DNA of 64,000 nucleotides, from assembly GCA_965224705.1 (NCBI GenBank), contig OZ245056.1:128001-192000 (forward strand). The letters run 5' to 3'. A program made the translations under genes and the position numbers. Of the stretch, positions 42,416 to 53,853 are shown one piece after another. This stretch comes from Spirochaetaceae bacterium. Its GTDB lineage: Bacteria > Spirochaetota > Spirochaetia > DSM-2461. Under the pieces are notes generated by a model. It was not told the origin of the DNA. It ran no database searches and worked only from the letters and a program-made list of their open reading frames with translations. Position 1 is the first letter of the stretch. Each line of letters opens with the position of its first letter.

Positions 42416-43014
42416 GAGGCAGCCCTTTCCAATCCCCTTTTGGAGATTTTGCCCCGTACAACTGCGGCTGTTTGCTGATCGCCAAGATAAATTCCGATTT
42501 TCTTTATATGGGACTGGGTCTCCGGGATTTTGATTTTTTCAAACAGGTTCACTCTCTGTGAAGTAGTACGCAATTCCCTGGCCAGTCTTTTTCGCTGTTC
42601 ATTGAGGATGCCCAATTGCAGATCGAGCAGAATAACTTTCTGCAATTCTTTTACAGCCCGGTCAATCCAGAGCGGCATGAGCCAGAGATCATAGGTAGTG
42701 GGGGCAAAGACTGCCCCCTCGAAGAGGGGAATACTGACTCCAGCGATGTTTCCTTCGCTGGTTTTCACCTCTTCGAGAACCGGAAAGGTTTCATCCAATC
42801 CCACCTCTTCACCAAAAACAGCAACCCATTTTTTTATATTATTTTCCAACTTTTCTTTTTTATCCTGTACTTCCGCAATCCGTTCTTCAACTTTCTGAAT
42901 TTCTACCTGAAGCTGCTGTTTCTTCAGGATAAGGGTCGGCAGATACCGTCGATACATTTTAAGAGAATCTTTTTGTTTCTTGAGCTCATTCTTAGTAAGT
43001 CTAACCTTAGCCAT
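42412..43014 (-). CDS. atpD: V-type ATP synthase subunit D
   Basis: RYLPTLILKKQQL, TTSQRVNLFEKIKIP. Confidence 0.93.
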   Translation of the reverse strand: MAKVRLTKNELKKQKDSLKMYRRYLPTLILKKQQLQVEIQKVEERIAEVQDKKEKLENNIKKWVAVFGEEVGLDETFPVLEEVKTSEGNIAGVSIPLFEGAVFAPTTYDLWLMPLWIDRAVKELQKVILLDLQLGILNEQRKRLARELRTTSQRVNLFEKIKIPETQSHIKKIGIYLGDQQTAAVVRGKISKRGLERAAS

Positions 43015-43029
43015 CAATCCTTCTCTTGT

Positions 43030-44322
43030 TTACTCCGGCCAAAACTTCTCTATCAAATTTGAACGCAGACCTGTTTCCTCTTTATCAAAACACTCTGCAA
43101 GAATTTGCCAGCCATTATCCAGAGCCTGTTCAATTGGGATATTGACAGAGAGACTCATCATCTCCTTCTCAAACAAATCGCCGTATTTCAACAATTTTTC
43201 ATCCCAATTTGTCATTAGAAAACCCATTGACTGCTTTTCCAGGGAGTCTTTGTATGTGGCATACAGCTTTATCATACCATTCATCAATGCACGATGATCA
43301 TCCCGAGTTTTATCATTGACCTGTTGTTTGAGGCGGCTGAGAGAACCGAAGGGCTCTATCCGTCCATTCCTCAGGTAGAATTGACCCTCAGTGATGTAAC
43401 CTGTGTTATCCGGGACGGGATGAGTAACATCATCTCCCGGCATCGTGGTGACAGCCAGAATAGTTATGGATCCTGCTCCCTCAATATCCACCGCTTTTTC
43501 ATATCGGCTGGCCAACTGGGAATACAGATCTCCAGGATAACCTCGATTGGACGGAACCTGTTCCTGGGTGATGGCAATTTCCTTCATGGCATCAGCAAAG
43601 TTGGTCATATCTGTCAGTAAAACCAGCACTTTTTCGCCTTTCAGTGCAAACTTCTCGGCCACGGCAAGGGAAATATCCGGCACCATGAGGCCCTCAACCA
43701 CAGGATCGGCAGCTGTATGAATGAAGAGAATTGAACGACTTATCGCCCCACCCTCCTCCAGAGTGTCCCGGAAGTAAAGGTAATCATCGTGTTTAAGCCC
43801 TATCCCCCCCAGTATGATAAGATCAACTTCAGCCTGAAGGGCTATCCTGGCCAATAACTCATTGTATGGCTCTCCAGAAATTGAGAAGATGGGTAATTTC
43901 TGACTCTCTACCAGTGTATTAAAAAGATCGATCATCGGGATACCGGTTCGGACCATGTTTCCTGGAATGATTCGCCGGGTTGGATTAAAGGATGGGCCCC
44001 CTATGGGGATCATGTTTTCTTTCAGCGCAGGGCCCTTATCCCGCGGCTCACCCGAACCATCAAACACTCTTCCCCGTAAATTATCACTGAATGAAACCTG
44101 CATGGGCTTTCCAAGAAAACGCAATTCATCCCCGGTGGATATTCCGCGGGTACCAACGAAGACCTGCAGCGATACCAGGTCTTTATCCATTTTTATGACT
44201 TCCGCAAGAGATGTCCCAAATGATGTGTTGATAACTGCTAAATCCCCGTACCGAATACCGTCGGCTTTTACGGTGATGACATTGCCTGCAATGGATTCAA
44301 TCCGACTGTACACCTTATTCAC
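43030..44322 (-). CDS. atpB: V-type ATP synthase subunit B
   Basis: [37 protein letters not shown]. Start moved to GTG 44322. Confidence 0.95.
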   Translation of the reverse strand: MNKVYSRIESIAGNVITVKADGIRYGDLAVINTSFGTSLAEVIKMDKDLVSLQVFVGTRGISTGDELRFLGKPMQVSFSDNLRGRVFDGSGEPRDKGPALKENMIPIGGPSFNPTRRIIPGNMVRTGIPMIDLFNTLVESQKLPIFSISGEPYNELLARIALQAEVDLIILGGIGLKHDDYLYFRDTLEEGGAISRSILFIHTAADPVVEGLMVPDISLAVAEKFALKGEKVLVLLTDMTNFADAMKEIAITQEQVPSNRGYPGDLYSQLASRYEKAVDIEGAGSITILAVTTMPGDDVTHPVPDNTGYITEGQFYLRNGRIEPFGSLSRLKQQVNDKTRDDHRALMNGMIKLYATYKDSLEKQSMGFLMTNWDEKLLKYGDLFEKEMMSLSVNIPIEQALDNGWQILAECFDKEETGLRSNLIEKFWPE

Positions 44323-46087
44323 TTGCCAGTTCCTCCAGAATTGTGTGGGCATTCGGATCACTACCCATTGATTTTGATTTTAACATGAACCTGATTTCTT
44401 CTTCTATGGATTTGAAATCATCACTTTGCATTTCAGCACCATTATAGTCCAGGAATTTCTGTCGCAGGTGGTAGAACCATTTCCGGGCATCTTCCTTGTC
44501 TTCACAGCTCAATTCGGCTGCCAGAATTTCAATCATCAATGAAAACACCTTGATCTGCCTTTCGGGTGTTACCGCTGCATCGACAGCATCAAATGAATTC
44601 TGCTGAAAATAGACAGAATCGAGGAACTCACCCTTATGAAAAACGATGTAATCTTCCAGACTGGTTCCTTCTTCACCGACAACTTTCATCATCGATTCAA
44701 TTTCTTCGGAACGGGCAAGGATATTATGGGCATATTTTACATGGTGCCCTGGCATGATTCCCCTGTACTTGCTCCAGGATTCGGTTGGATGTATTGCGGG
44801 ATACTTTCTGGCATCTGACCGCTCACGGGATAATCCATGGAAGGCACCGACAACTTTCAAAGTGGCCTGAGTTACCGGTTCTTCAAAGTTTCCGCCAGCC
44901 GGGCTCACAGTACCGCCAATGGTAACCGATCCCGTACACCCGTCTTTCAAACGTACGATTCCTGCCCTCTCATAAAAAGCCGCGATGCTCGATTCCAGGT
45001 AGGCAGGGAAGGCTTCCTCTCCGGGGATTTCTTCCAGCCGACCGGACATTTCCCTCATGGCCTGGGCCCATCGGCTGGTTGAATCGGCCAGCAGAAGAAC
45101 ATCCAATCCCATCTGACGGTAATACTCACCAAGGGTTACAGCTGTGTAAACTGAAGCCTCACGGGAAGCCACCGGCATGGATGATGTATTGCATATTATG
45201 ATCGTTCTCTCCATCAGCGATCGGCCCGTCTTCGGATCAAGCAGTTCCGGGAATTCCCTGAGAGTTTCAACAACCTCCCCTGCCCGCTCACCACAGGCAG
45301 CTATGATAACAATATCCACCTCCGCATGACGGCTGGTAATCTGCTGTAATACTGTTTTCCCTGCTCCAAAAGGGCCGGGTATGCAGTATGTCCCACCCTT
45401 GGCCACAGGGAAGAACGTGTCCATCAGCCGAATTTTTGAGACCATGGGTTCAACCGGCTTCAAGCGCTCTTCAAATAGTTTAACCGGCCTTTTTACCGGC
45501 CATTCAAAGGACATGGTGAACTTCAACTGGTTCCCATGGGAATCAGCAGCCTCAGCAATTTCTTCCTGAACAGTGTATTCTCCTGCCGGTTCAATGCGGG
45601 TTATGGTATACTCGTCCATTTTGCCGAAAGGAACCATAATCCTGTGCTTGAATGATTCTTCAAGCACTATACCCAGGCAGTCCCCGGCTCCGACAACATC
45701 GCCAACCTGAACCTGAGGATCAAAGCTCCATTTCCTGTTCCTATCCAGAGCATCAAGGTAGACACCTCTTTCCAGAAAGAAACCTGCTTTCTCAGCTAAT
45801 TGCGGCAGTGGATTTTGCAAGCCATCGTAAACCTGTCCAAGAAGTCCAGGACCCAGTTCAACAGCCAGCATCTCACCGGAGAACTCCACCCTGTCTCCAA
45901 TGCCGATACCTTTGGTAATTTCAAAGACCTGCACCTGGACGACATCGCCCCGGATCCTGATTACCTCGGATTTAAGATGTTTATCGCCTGCTATAATGTA
46001 CCCCACTTCATTCATGATAACATTGCCATCTGAACGGACGGACACCATGTTCCCATTGATACCGATTACTGTACCTGTTGTATTCAT
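44315..46087 (-). CDS. atpA: V-type ATP synthase subunit A
   Basis: [38 protein letters not shown]. Confidence 0.95.
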   Translation of the reverse strand: MNTTGTVIGINGNMVSVRSDGNVIMNEVGYIIAGDKHLKSEVIRIRGDVVQVQVFEITKGIGIGDRVEFSGEMLAVELGPGLLGQVYDGLQNPLPQLAEKAGFFLERGVYLDALDRNRKWSFDPQVQVGDVVGAGDCLGIVLEESFKHRIMVPFGKMDEYTITRIEPAGEYTVQEEIAEAADSHGNQLKFTMSFEWPVKRPVKLFEERLKPVEPMVSKIRLMDTFFPVAKGGTYCIPGPFGAGKTVLQQITSRHAEVDIVIIAACGERAGEVVETLREFPELLDPKTGRSLMERTIIICNTSSMPVASREASVYTAVTLGEYYRQMGLDVLLLADSTSRWAQAMREMSGRLEEIPGEEAFPAYLESSIAAFYERAGIVRLKDGCTGSVTIGGTVSPAGGNFEEPVTQATLKVVGAFHGLSRERSDARKYPAIHPTESWSKYRGIMPGHHVKYAHNILARSEEIESMMKVVGEEGTSLEDYIVFHKGEFLDSVYFQQNSFDAVDAAVTPERQIKVFSLMIEILAAELSCEDKEDARKWFYHLRQKFLDYNGAEMQSDDFKSIEEEIRFMLKSKSMGSDPNAHTILEELASE

Positions 46088-46632
46088 TCTTGACTCCCCT
46101 CTGAAGCCCTCAGCACACGTTCCTGTATACTGTGGAAATTTTCTGAACCTCGCTCCATATCGAACATTTCCCGCCTTTCCAGTAGAAGCAGTTTCAATCT
46201 ATATCCACGGAGAAATTCCATATCAAAACTATGTCCGCAAACCAGTTCGTCAATTTTCAACCACCGTTGATTATTGAGATAAGTTTCAGCTTCCAGCGGA
46301 TTGGATTTTGACATGGCTTCACCGGCGATCCTGCGAGTATCAGATTCTGCGCTGGCTTCCCGCAGATAGGAGCTGATATCCGTTTCAGATTCTACCCCTC
46401 GAAGTATGGCCAATTCATTCCTCAAACTTCTATCCCACATACGGAACCTCCGGGAAAGTCCCCTGGAAGCAGTTCCCTCAGGGTTGAGGTTTCCGCAAAG
46501 CAACTCTTCATAATCAACGGGTTTCAGCATACGTTCACACAGTTCCAGCAGATCTGAACTTTTTAAAGGTGGAGGTTGATCAGAACTGGCAAGAAATGGA
46601 AGAGAAGCAGCTATGTAGTAGAATACTGACAA
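46084..46632 (-). CDS. DUF2764 family protein (V-ATPase subunit C-like)
   Basis: YYIAASLP N-terminus. Position between subunits E and A. Confidence 0.8.
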   Translation of the reverse strand: MSVFYYIAASLPFLASSDQPPPLKSSDLLELCERMLKPVDYEELLCGNLNPEGTASRGLSRRFRMWDRSLRNELAILRGVESETDISSYLREASAESDTRRIAGEAMSKSNPLEAETYLNNQRWLKIDELVCGHSFDMEFLRGYRLKLLLLERREMFDMERGSENFHSIQERVLRASEGSQE

Positions 46633-46635
46633 GTC

Positions 46636-47241
46636 CTACTCCTGGTCGGAAATGATTTTTACAAGCTGCGGGTTTAGAAAACGAGACAGCATTTCCACAA
46701 TCTCCTGATCTGAAAAATCATAGAACATCGACCCATTTTTTATCGACACCCGAAATCCTGCATCCAATCCTTTGACAGGTGCAATTTTCATGCCTTTTTT
46801 GAATTCATCAACCATTGCACCACGTAATCCAGGTTCAATTAAGGCAAATTGATTTTCAGGAATCTGCACTTCTACACCGCTTAGACTCTCAATTGCCAGA
46901 CTTCGTATTGTCTCCATGACAGCCTGGGATAGAAGCTCCGGATTCAGGGAATCGGTAACGGAAGATTTAACTATCCTGTTGAACATGTCTTCAATACTGG
47001 AACGTACTGTCAGCAGCAGATCCCTGCCGGCATGCCTCAGAGCTTCTGTGCCGCTCCGTTCGGTTTTTTCAGCTTCTACCCCTGCCACTTTTTGAATTCG
47101 GCGGGCTTCTATCTCTGCCTTGCTGACAATGTCTGCGGCCTGTTTCTGTGCATCGACAATGATACGGGATGCTTCATCCTCAGCACTTCTAATACCATCA
47201 TTTTTAATTTTTTCGATCAATTCATTTAATTGAACATCCAT
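46636..47241 (-). CDS. atpE: V-type ATP synthase subunit E
   Basis: QLNELIEKIKNDG, coiled coil, AGFRV...YDFSD...FLNP. Confidence 0.9.
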   Translation of the reverse strand: MDVQLNELIEKIKNDGIRSAEDEASRIIVDAQKQAADIVSKAEIEARRIQKVAGVEAEKTERSGTEALRHAGRDLLLTVRSSIEDMFNRIVKSSVTDSLNPELLSQAVMETIRSLAIESLSGVEVQIPENQFALIEPGLRGAMVDEFKKGMKIAPVKGLDAGFRVSIKNGSMFYDFSDQEIVEMLSRFLNPQLVKIISDQE

Positions 47242-47256
47242 GTTTTCTTCCTTTAC

Positions 47257-47664
47257 TTACTCAATACTTGCCGAACCTATGCGGAAATCACCTGTAATCT
47301 TCAACAGATGTCTGTCCCGTTCCAGTTTCAATGCCCTGTCGGGAAAGAATTCCGATAGTTTTAACCGTACCAGTTCTTCCGTATCTTTCTCAATATCATT
47401 CTTCACCGTTTCCGGGATGTGATCCAGCGTGGACATGCGAATTCTGACAATGTAGCCGCGTCCAAGTTCACTTCCATAACCTGCCGAGAAATCAGCTCCT
47501 ACATTAAACAGTCCATCCATCTCCTTGTTAGCTGTAATCCCGCGTCTGGATCTATTGGGATGAAGATTGAACAAGCCTCCATACTTGTTTTCCAGCCAGT
47601 CATCGACATCATCGAACATCTTCTTGATTTGATGTTCCCACTCCAAAATCCCTGGATGCCTCAT
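47257..47664 (-). CDS. conserved hypothetical protein
   Basis: Co-oriented ORF with LHPNR...G.T and GLFNVGADFSAGYGS upstream of the ATPase operon. Confidence 0.65.
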   Translation of the reverse strand: MRHPGILEWEHQIKKMFDDVDDWLENKYGGLFNLHPNRSRRGITANKEMDGLFNVGADFSAGYGSELGRGYIVRIRMSTLDHIPETVKNDIEKDTEELVRLKLSEFFPDRALKLERDRHLLKITGDFRIGSASIE

Positions 47665-47670
47665 TCTCAA

Positions 47671-48294
47671 TTACCATGCTATCTGCCATGAATTCAATTC
47701 ATCAGAAAAAACAAGATCTGTTAATGACTGAATGAATACACCGGTAGTCCCCTGAATATCCCCCCCGACAATCTTCACCGGTTTGCCCGGTGGTTTGATT
47801 CTCAGCACAAAGTTGGATTCGCCGATAAGATCAACCAGAATCTTTCGGGTTTCTTCATTCAATCCCCTGGAATAATCCGGGAGAACAATCTCAAGAGATC
47901 CTGAATCTGTATTTCCCTCGATTTTTACATCCCAGTCAAGGAAGCTCATCAGACTCTCAACAGATACAGCATGCAGTTTAACGGTGATTCTGTCTCTTCC
48001 ATCCGATATTCGACGAAAACGGTAGCGGACCAGTTTGACTCCTTCATTGCGAATTGTTTGAAGCATAAAGTCTTTTTCAGTAAGGAGCAAGGGCCAGGGA
48101 TCGTCAGCACCGAATCCACGGCCAAATTCTGCGATATCTGAATCCAGGAAATACTTGAGAATCACATCGACCTCACCACTTTTTCGCATATTCATCTCAG
48201 TTTCCATGTCCAGACAGGATACAAAAGTTGTCATTCCAACAATACAGAACACTGCATACAGGGAATGCAGCTTAAATCGAGGATTCAAATTCAT
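47671..48294 (-). CDS. hypothetical lipoprotein
   Basis: Hydrophobic leader ending FVSC, a spirochaete-type lipobox. Confidence 0.6.
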   Translation of the reverse strand: MNLNPRFKLHSLYAVFCIVGMTTFVSCLDMETEMNMRKSGEVDVILKYFLDSDIAEFGRGFGADDPWPLLLTEKDFMLQTIRNEGVKLVRYRFRRISDGRDRITVKLHAVSVESLMSFLDWDVKIEGNTDSGSLEIVLPDYSRGLNEETRKILVDLIGESNFVLRIKPPGKPVKIVGGDIQGTTGVFIQSLTDLVFSDELNSWQIAW

Positions 48295-48339
48295 CGAATC
48301 ATAATAACTGTATATATTGATGCGGGTAAACACACAGAA

Positions 48340-49254
48340 TCATTGACCTTCGAGATTTTTCCTCAGCTCACGGTGGATTTTGATGTAATTATCATACCGA
48401 TCCGGATGGATCAGTCCCTGTTCTACTCCAGCAATGACAGCGCAGTCTGGTTCATGCTGATGCATACAGGGCTGGAAACGACATCCCGGGTCAAGTCTGG
48501 CTATTTCCGGGAACCTGTATGCAAAATCAGTCGGTGAAATCCCATGAATGGCCAGGTCACGCACTCCAGGACTGTCAATGAGTCTTCCTCCCCAGGGAGT
48601 ATCAATGAGTTGAGCAAAGTTAGTCATATGTCTGCCTCGATTGTACTTTCTGGAAATCTCCCGGGTTGGCAGATCAAGTCCGGGAAGGAGGCGGTTGATT
48701 GTTGACGATTTACCCGTCCCTGAAGGACCAAAGAAAACGACGGTTCTGGTAGAAAGACTCCTCTTTAAATCATCAATACCCTCGCCTGTTCTGGCCGAGC
48801 AGCGGAACACCTCTATACCAATACCTGTCCATGCAGCTATCCTTTCCTCAATCCAGGGCTGAATTCCAAGATCAGTTTTGCTGATCAGGATCGCAACAGG
48901 AACATTCCAATCATAAGTCGAAATGAGAACACGGTCGATGAAACGCGGGTTGAAAGATGGTGATTCAACAGAGCTCAAAACAAGAATCAGATCGGGATTA
49001 GCCGCAATGGTCTGCCAGACTTCCCTCTTCCTGTTCCAGCGGGAAAACTGACTATGTCTGTCAAGTCGTTGAGAAACCAGTCCCCTGCCTGGATCGGTCA
49101 ATGAAAACTCTACGCGGTCTCCAGGGGCCAGGGGATTATAGACTTCCTCTTCGTCTGGGAGAATTTTTCCTTTGATTCGACATTCAGAGTAGTTGCCGTC
49201 CGAATCTTTCACCCGGTAAATATTATTAATTCCCCAGTAGACAGTTCCCGTCAT
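48340..49254 (-). CDS. rsgA: ribosome small subunit-dependent GTPase A
   Basis: OB fold, SKTD, GPSGTGKSS, GRHMT, DSPG, CRFQPCMHQHEPDC. Confidence 0.93.
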   Translation of the reverse strand: MTGTVYWGINNIYRVKDSDGNYSECRIKGKILPDEEEVYNPLAPGDRVEFSLTDPGRGLVSQRLDRHSQFSRWNRKREVWQTIAANPDLILVLSSVESPSFNPRFIDRVLISTYDWNVPVAILISKTDLGIQPWIEERIAAWTGIGIEVFRCSARTGEGIDDLKRSLSTRTVVFFGPSGTGKSSTINRLLPGLDLPTREISRKYNRGRHMTNFAQLIDTPWGGRLIDSPGVRDLAIHGISPTDFAYRFPEIARLDPGCRFQPCMHQHEPDCAVIAGVEQGLIHPDRYDNYIKIHRELRKNLEGQ

Positions 49255-50033
49255 TCAAGAACTCCTGCCCACTCCAGTCCGGCACGATGGGCGAAACGCT
49301 GATAACGATTATCCCTGCGTCCGCCCCTTGTAATATGAAACACTCCTCCATCAGGATGTATGGAACTGGTATCGATCAGGGAAAGAACTCTCCGGCCCAC
49401 ACCATCCATGGAATCAATCACTCTGATCGGGTTCATCTGCTCTTCAATGATCTGCAGGACATGGAGAAAATGTGTGCAGCCGATAACAAGTGATTCAATA
49501 CCGGCCTCTTTTAAAATAGTCAACCCTCTCTGCATCACCTGCCGGGCACCCTGGCTCCCATCATCAAGCCAGTTCTCTTCAACATACCGGACAATATCTC
49601 CGGCTGCTACTTTTACAATCTTTCTGTTGGCCGCGAATGACTCCACCAGCCTGTCCACGTAGGTGGAATTGATTGTTCCCTGAGTTGCCAGTAACCCAAT
49701 CGGCCGTGAACTGCAGCTTTCAGCCGCAGTTTTTAAAGCCGGAACAGTGCCAACAACCGGACAGGGGGCAATTTTCCGGATATCGTCCAGTGCAATGACA
49801 GATGCAGTATTGCATACAATGACCAGAATTTCCGGAGAAAGCCTTGAGAAAACAAGCTTTGCCGCAGAAAGTACGGCCTGCCTCACCTGATTTTCCTCTA
49901 ACTCTCCATAGGGGAAATTACCTGTGTCGGCCAGATATGATACTGACAGTTCCGGGTTTCTCTCCTTCACCCATACAAGGTAGGGCAGGCCTCCTATACC
50001 AGAATCAAGGAAGACAATGGAAGTTTTAATCAT
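49251..50033 (-). CDS. murI: glutamate racemase
   Basis: DSGIGGL, FPYG, VCNTAS, GCTHF. Confidence 0.93.
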   Translation of the reverse strand: MIKTSIVFLDSGIGGLPYLVWVKERNPELSVSYLADTGNFPYGELEENQVRQAVLSAAKLVFSRLSPEILVIVCNTASVIALDDIRKIAPCPVVGTVPALKTAAESCSSRPIGLLATQGTINSTYVDRLVESFAANRKIVKVAAGDIVRYVEENWLDDGSQGARQVMQRGLTILKEAGIESLVIGCTHFLHVLQIIEEQMNPIRVIDSMDGVGRRVLSLIDTSSIHPDGGVFHITRGGRRDNRYQRFAHRAGLEWAGVLE

Positions 50034-50310
50034 CACCAAAAAGGGAGGAAAACGCCTGTCTGGCTGCGGTATCCCTGCTGTCGGTTTGAACAGATTTCAC
50101 TTCTGCTGCCGGTGTAAACCAGTCGCAGAAATTGCTTCTGTCTTTTTCAGTGACAGGTTCACTCACAGGTTCACGGCAGTCATTGGCCATTCCCGGTGCA
50201 AAATGCTCGCAGTTTCGACAGGTTTTCAGTTCTTTTCCACAGCTGGAGCAGACAGTATTTTTGTAAATGGGGGCGGCATAGACCTGATGACAATGATTGC
50301 AGGCTGGCAT
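50026..50310 (-). CDS. small Cys-rich (Zn-ribbon) hypothetical protein
   Basis: CxxC x3, C, NFCDWF, ARQAFSSLFGD. Overlaps the murI start. Confidence 0.75.
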   Translation of the reverse strand: MPACNHCHQVYAAPIYKNTVCSSCGKELKTCRNCEHFAPGMANDCREPVSEPVTEKDRSNFCDWFTPAAEVKSVQTDSRDTAARQAFSSLFGDD

Positions 50311-50492
50311 GGCATTATTCTAGCGCATGGTTTATTTCATATCAATGATCGGATGCAGAAATCAGGGAGAAGAGCTTTAATTCCGGGCTGGTTTCTTCCC
50401 TGGCGAACTCCATGCAGACGGTTTCCAGTCCGTCAGATAACGGATGGCCTCGGGATGTTTTTTTAATGAGTTTTTCTGCGAAGATCAAACCT

Positions 50493-50606
50493 TTTCGGAG
50501 TGTCAGCAAGCTTGTTGAATTCTCACTTTTTTAGGTTCTAAGTTATCAAAACAGTCGCATTAAAGGAATATCTTTCTAATTTAACAAGCTTGCTGACACT
50601 CTGAAA
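50493..50606. repeat. 114-bp element with 29-bp inverted arms
   Basis: 50493-50521 versus 50578-50606, 27 of 29 complementary. Confidence 0.8.
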
Positions 50607-50707
50607 TCCTTTACACTGTTCATCTTTTCTGAGGTAGTCACTATAATACCGTCCAGGGTTCACCGCCCGGATGTATAAAGGCATAAACAAATGATGGAGG
50701 TGCTGGA

Positions 50708-52891
50708 TTGGCCTATGATATGAGTTTTGCGGTTGACGGGATGACCTGTGCATCCTGTGTCCGTGTGGTTGAAAAGGAAATAAACAAAGTCCCCGGAGTA
50801 GAATATGTTTCAGTCAGTCTTACCGATGGCAAGACCTACGTTGTGACTGAAGCAGAACCTGACTGGGCCAGTTTTGCTGCTGCCGTTGAAAAAGCAGGTT
50901 ACATTCCTCTGGAGGTTGTACCATCCGAGGACGAAAGCGAGGCGATGTTCAAGAAAGCAAGGCGCCGTGTCCTCATTGCATGGACTGTGGCCCTGCCGGC
51001 CGTTTTCTTGATGATACTCCACATGAGTGGTATTGAACTGACATGGCTGCCCCTCGCAGAAGTTCTGGCAGGCGTTCTCGTCCTGTTTGGACCGGGACGG
51101 GGCATCCTGAAAGGAGCATGGACTGCTATTACTCACCGCCATGCCAACATGGATGTTCTGGTGAGTGTGGGAACTACGGCGGCATGGAGTACCGCTGTTA
51201 TGGCCCTGGCGGATTTCCCAATCTGGTCGTTCGGTGCCATGGCTCCATTGCTGCCGGCCTTCCATCTGACCGGTCGGCTGGTTGAGGAGCGTCTTCGCAG
51301 AAAGGCAGGAGCCAGTTTAAGGGAACTTACCTCCTCTGATGTCGCCAGAGTAACGGTAATCGGCCAGGGCAAAATCAATGAACTGCCAGTTGAGGCTGTC
51401 AAGGTTGGCATGACTATTCGGATTCGAACCGGCGAAAGAATTCCCCTGGATGGCAGAATAACTTCCGGCAGCGGATCTGTTGTCGAGTCCATGATTACAG
51501 GCGAACCTCTTCCGGCAGCCAGAGCAGTCGGGGATGAAGTTGTGGGGGGAACTGTTCTGGAAAATGGTTATCTGGAAGTTAAGGTGACCAGAACCGGAAA
51601 AGACTCATTTCTAGCCCGTATGCTTACCCTGGTAGAGCAGGCCCAGGGGGGGCAATTCCCGCTTCAAGCCCTGGCTGATCACATTTCAGGAGTATTCGTA
51701 CCTGTCGTATTGAGTCTGACAGTTCCAACCTTTGCCGCCTGGGTGTTTTTCTATGAGAATCTCAATCCGCTGCTGCACAGATTTTCTGAAGTTCTTCCCT
51801 GGCTTCCAGTGGATGCCGGTCCCTGGACAACGGCCGTGTTTGCTTCGATTTCCATGCTGGTCGTGGCATGCCCCTGTGCCCTGGGGCTTGCCACCCCGAT
51901 GGCGGTCAGTGTTGGAAGTGGATTGGCTGCACGGCGCGGGCTCCTTTTGAAGGGAGGTGAGGCCCTTCAAACCTCCGGAAAACTGGACATTCTGGTTTTC
52001 GATAAAACAGGGACTCTGACGGAGGGTAAACCCACTGTCATTTCATCAACTCTCAATGATGAAGACAGGCAGGCCGCGGCACTGCTGGAAACCCACTCCG
52101 TCCATCCCCTGGCTCATGCTATTGTGAACTGGGCAAACTCAGGGGATGTCAATCCTTCATCCACTGTGGAGGAAGTAAAAGAAATCGCTGGCGAGGGTAT
52201 ATCTGGCTTGATTGGGGGAATTCATTATTCAATTGGTCGCCCCGGGAATCAAAATTCTGTCTCTGGTAAAACAGGAACGGCGGTTGAAGTTCTTAGAGAA
52301 GGAAAAACTGTCGGCCACATAGTTCTGAATGATGAAATCAAAGCTGAAGCAGCGGATTCCATAAAGATGCTCACCAAACGAGGAGTACAGCCTGTCATGG
52401 CTACGGGTGATGGTCTTGAAATTGCACTGGAAGTCGCTCGAAAAACAGGCATTCCACGTGAGAATACCCATGCTTCTTTAAAACCTGAAGACAAATTGCG
52501 CATTGTTCAATCCTTTCAGAAACAGGGACTGCGAGTCGGCATGGTTGGTGATGGAATCAATGATGCGGCAGGATTAAAGGCCGCAGATGTAGGATTTGCC
52601 CTTGCCCAGGGCACGGATCTTTCCATGGAAGCCGGGGATATCATAATCACTCGGGGAGGTTTGGAGCGAATTACAGAAGCTCTGGATCTCTCGAGTTTAC
52701 TCGTGAAAAAGATTAAGGGTAATTTATTTTGGGCATTTGCATACAACCTAATCGCCATACCAGCGGCAGCCTTTTCATTCATTCATCCCCTGGTAGCAGA
52801 AACAGCAATGAGTTTAAGCTCCATCGGAGTTATTCTCAATTCTCTGGGAATACGGTATCATTATGAGAAGATAAGGAGATTGAACAGATGA
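50708..52891 (+). CDS. copA: Cu(I)-type heavy-metal P1B ATPase
   Basis: GMTCASC, TGE, CPC, DKTGT, HP, GDGIND, YN and MxxSS. GGAGG RBS before TTG. Confidence 0.92.
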   Translation: MAYDMSFAVDGMTCASCVRVVEKEINKVPGVEYVSVSLTDGKTYVVTEAEPDWASFAAAVEKAGYIPLEVVPSEDESEAMFKKARRRVLIAWTVALPAVFLMILHMSGIELTWLPLAEVLAGVLVLFGPGRGILKGAWTAITHRHANMDVLVSVGTTAAWSTAVMALADFPIWSFGAMAPLLPAFHLTGRLVEERLRRKAGASLRELTSSDVARVTVIGQGKINELPVEAVKVGMTIRIRTGERIPLDGRITSGSGSVVESMITGEPLPAARAVGDEVVGGTVLENGYLEVKVTRTGKDSFLARMLTLVEQAQGGQFPLQALADHISGVFVPVVLSLTVPTFAAWVFFYENLNPLLHRFSEVLPWLPVDAGPWTTAVFASISMLVVACPCALGLATPMAVSVGSGLAARRGLLLKGGEALQTSGKLDILVFDKTGTLTEGKPTVISSTLNDEDRQAAALLETHSVHPLAHAIVNWANSGDVNPSSTVEEVKEIAGEGISGLIGGIHYSIGRPGNQNSVSGKTGTAVEVLREGKTVGHIVLNDEIKAEAADSIKMLTKRGVQPVMATGDGLEIALEVARKTGIPRENTHASLKPEDKLRIVQSFQKQGLRVGMVGDGINDAAGLKAADVGFALAQGTDLSMEAGDIIITRGGLERITEALDLSSLLVKKIKGNLFWAFAYNLIAIPAAAFSFIHPLVAETAMSLSSIGVILNSLGIRYHYEKIRRLNR

Positions 52892-53091
52892 AGAGTTATG
52901 AATTCGAAGTAAGTGGAATGAACTGTGGTCATTGTCAGACCAGAGTGGAAACAGCTTTAAAACCTTTAGCCCGGTCGGTCCGTGTCAATCTGGATACCGG
53001 TATAGCGGTTGTTGAGAGTGACAAACCTCATGGAGAACTTTTATCAGCATTGGAAAAAGCCGGATATCCGGGCAGACTTCATCGAAACTGA
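52888..53091 (+). CDS. copZ: heavy-metal-associated copper chaperone
   Basis: GMNCGHC, C-terminal AGY. Overlaps the copA stop. Confidence 0.88.
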   Translation: MKSYEFEVSGMNCGHCQTRVETALKPLARSVRVNLDTGIAVVESDKPHGELLSALEKAGYPGRLHRN

Positions 53092-53095
53092 TATT

Positions 53096-53848
53096 GTGTT
53101 TAAATTCAGATTCCTGAGCCTTCTCATTATTTTCCTTAGTTTCTCCGGCCTTCCTCTGTCAGCAGATACTGTCGATAACGAAGAGAGACATGCTTATGAC
53201 ACCGGTCTCCTCCTTTTTGACCGAGCTCGCATCCGATACTGGTCGGCCGAGGGAACCCACATAGGCAGCCTTGGATTATTGAAAAGGGCAATTCAATCAC
53301 TTGAGTATATTGCAGATCCGGTTGTTCGATACTCCTTGTTGGCCGATATCGAATTATACAGGGGTAGAATGATGCTGGAGATTGAGAGCAGGTCAAAAGC
53401 CAGACCATATTTTCTGGAGGCAATAAAACTGGCCAATATGTCTTCCAGGCATCAGGAAACAGCAGAGGCCAATCGTGTTCGAGCGGAGGCCGGGTATGCC
53501 TGGCTGTATTCCAGAAGAATATGGCGGCGATCCTCTATTTCAAAAGCAATCAGTCGATGGAGCAGCCAGGCCCTCCATCTGGAGCCAGAAAACCCGACGG
53601 CTCAAATCATCCAGATAAAGGTAGAACTCCGCAAGACCAGAAAGGGAAGTGCCGCACTCAACGATTTTCGCCAGCGCCTTGAGGCATTGGAATCCAGTGA
53701 AGAACTCGATGCGATTCTGCTTTTCCGCACACGTCTCCTACTTTCGGAAGTTTACCGGAAACTACGTGATAAAGATAACTCAAGGAAATGGTGTACTCAG
53801 GCTGCACTGATATTTCCAAAGAACCCTGCTGTGAAAAAATGCAATTGA
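53096..53848 (+). CDS. hypothetical exported helical/TPR-like protein
   Basis: Signal-peptide-like segment from GTG 53096, TPR-like repeats. Confidence 0.55.
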   Translation: MFKFRFLSLLIIFLSFSGLPLSADTVDNEERHAYDTGLLLFDRARIRYWSAEGTHIGSLGLLKRAIQSLEYIADPVVRYSLLADIELYRGRMMLEIESRSKARPYFLEAIKLANMSSRHQETAEANRVRAEAGYAWLYSRRIWRRSSISKAISRWSSQALHLEPENPTAQIIQIKVELRKTRKGSAALNDFRQRLEALESSEELDAILLFRTRLLLSEVYRKLRDKDNSRKWCTQAALIFPKNPAVKKCN

Positions 53849-53853
53849 TGCGA

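Noticed and set aside
50642..50660. TATAAT with a CsoR-like TACC...GGG box upstream of copA
   Set aside because: Weak -35, incomplete palindrome, and no regulator gene in the window.
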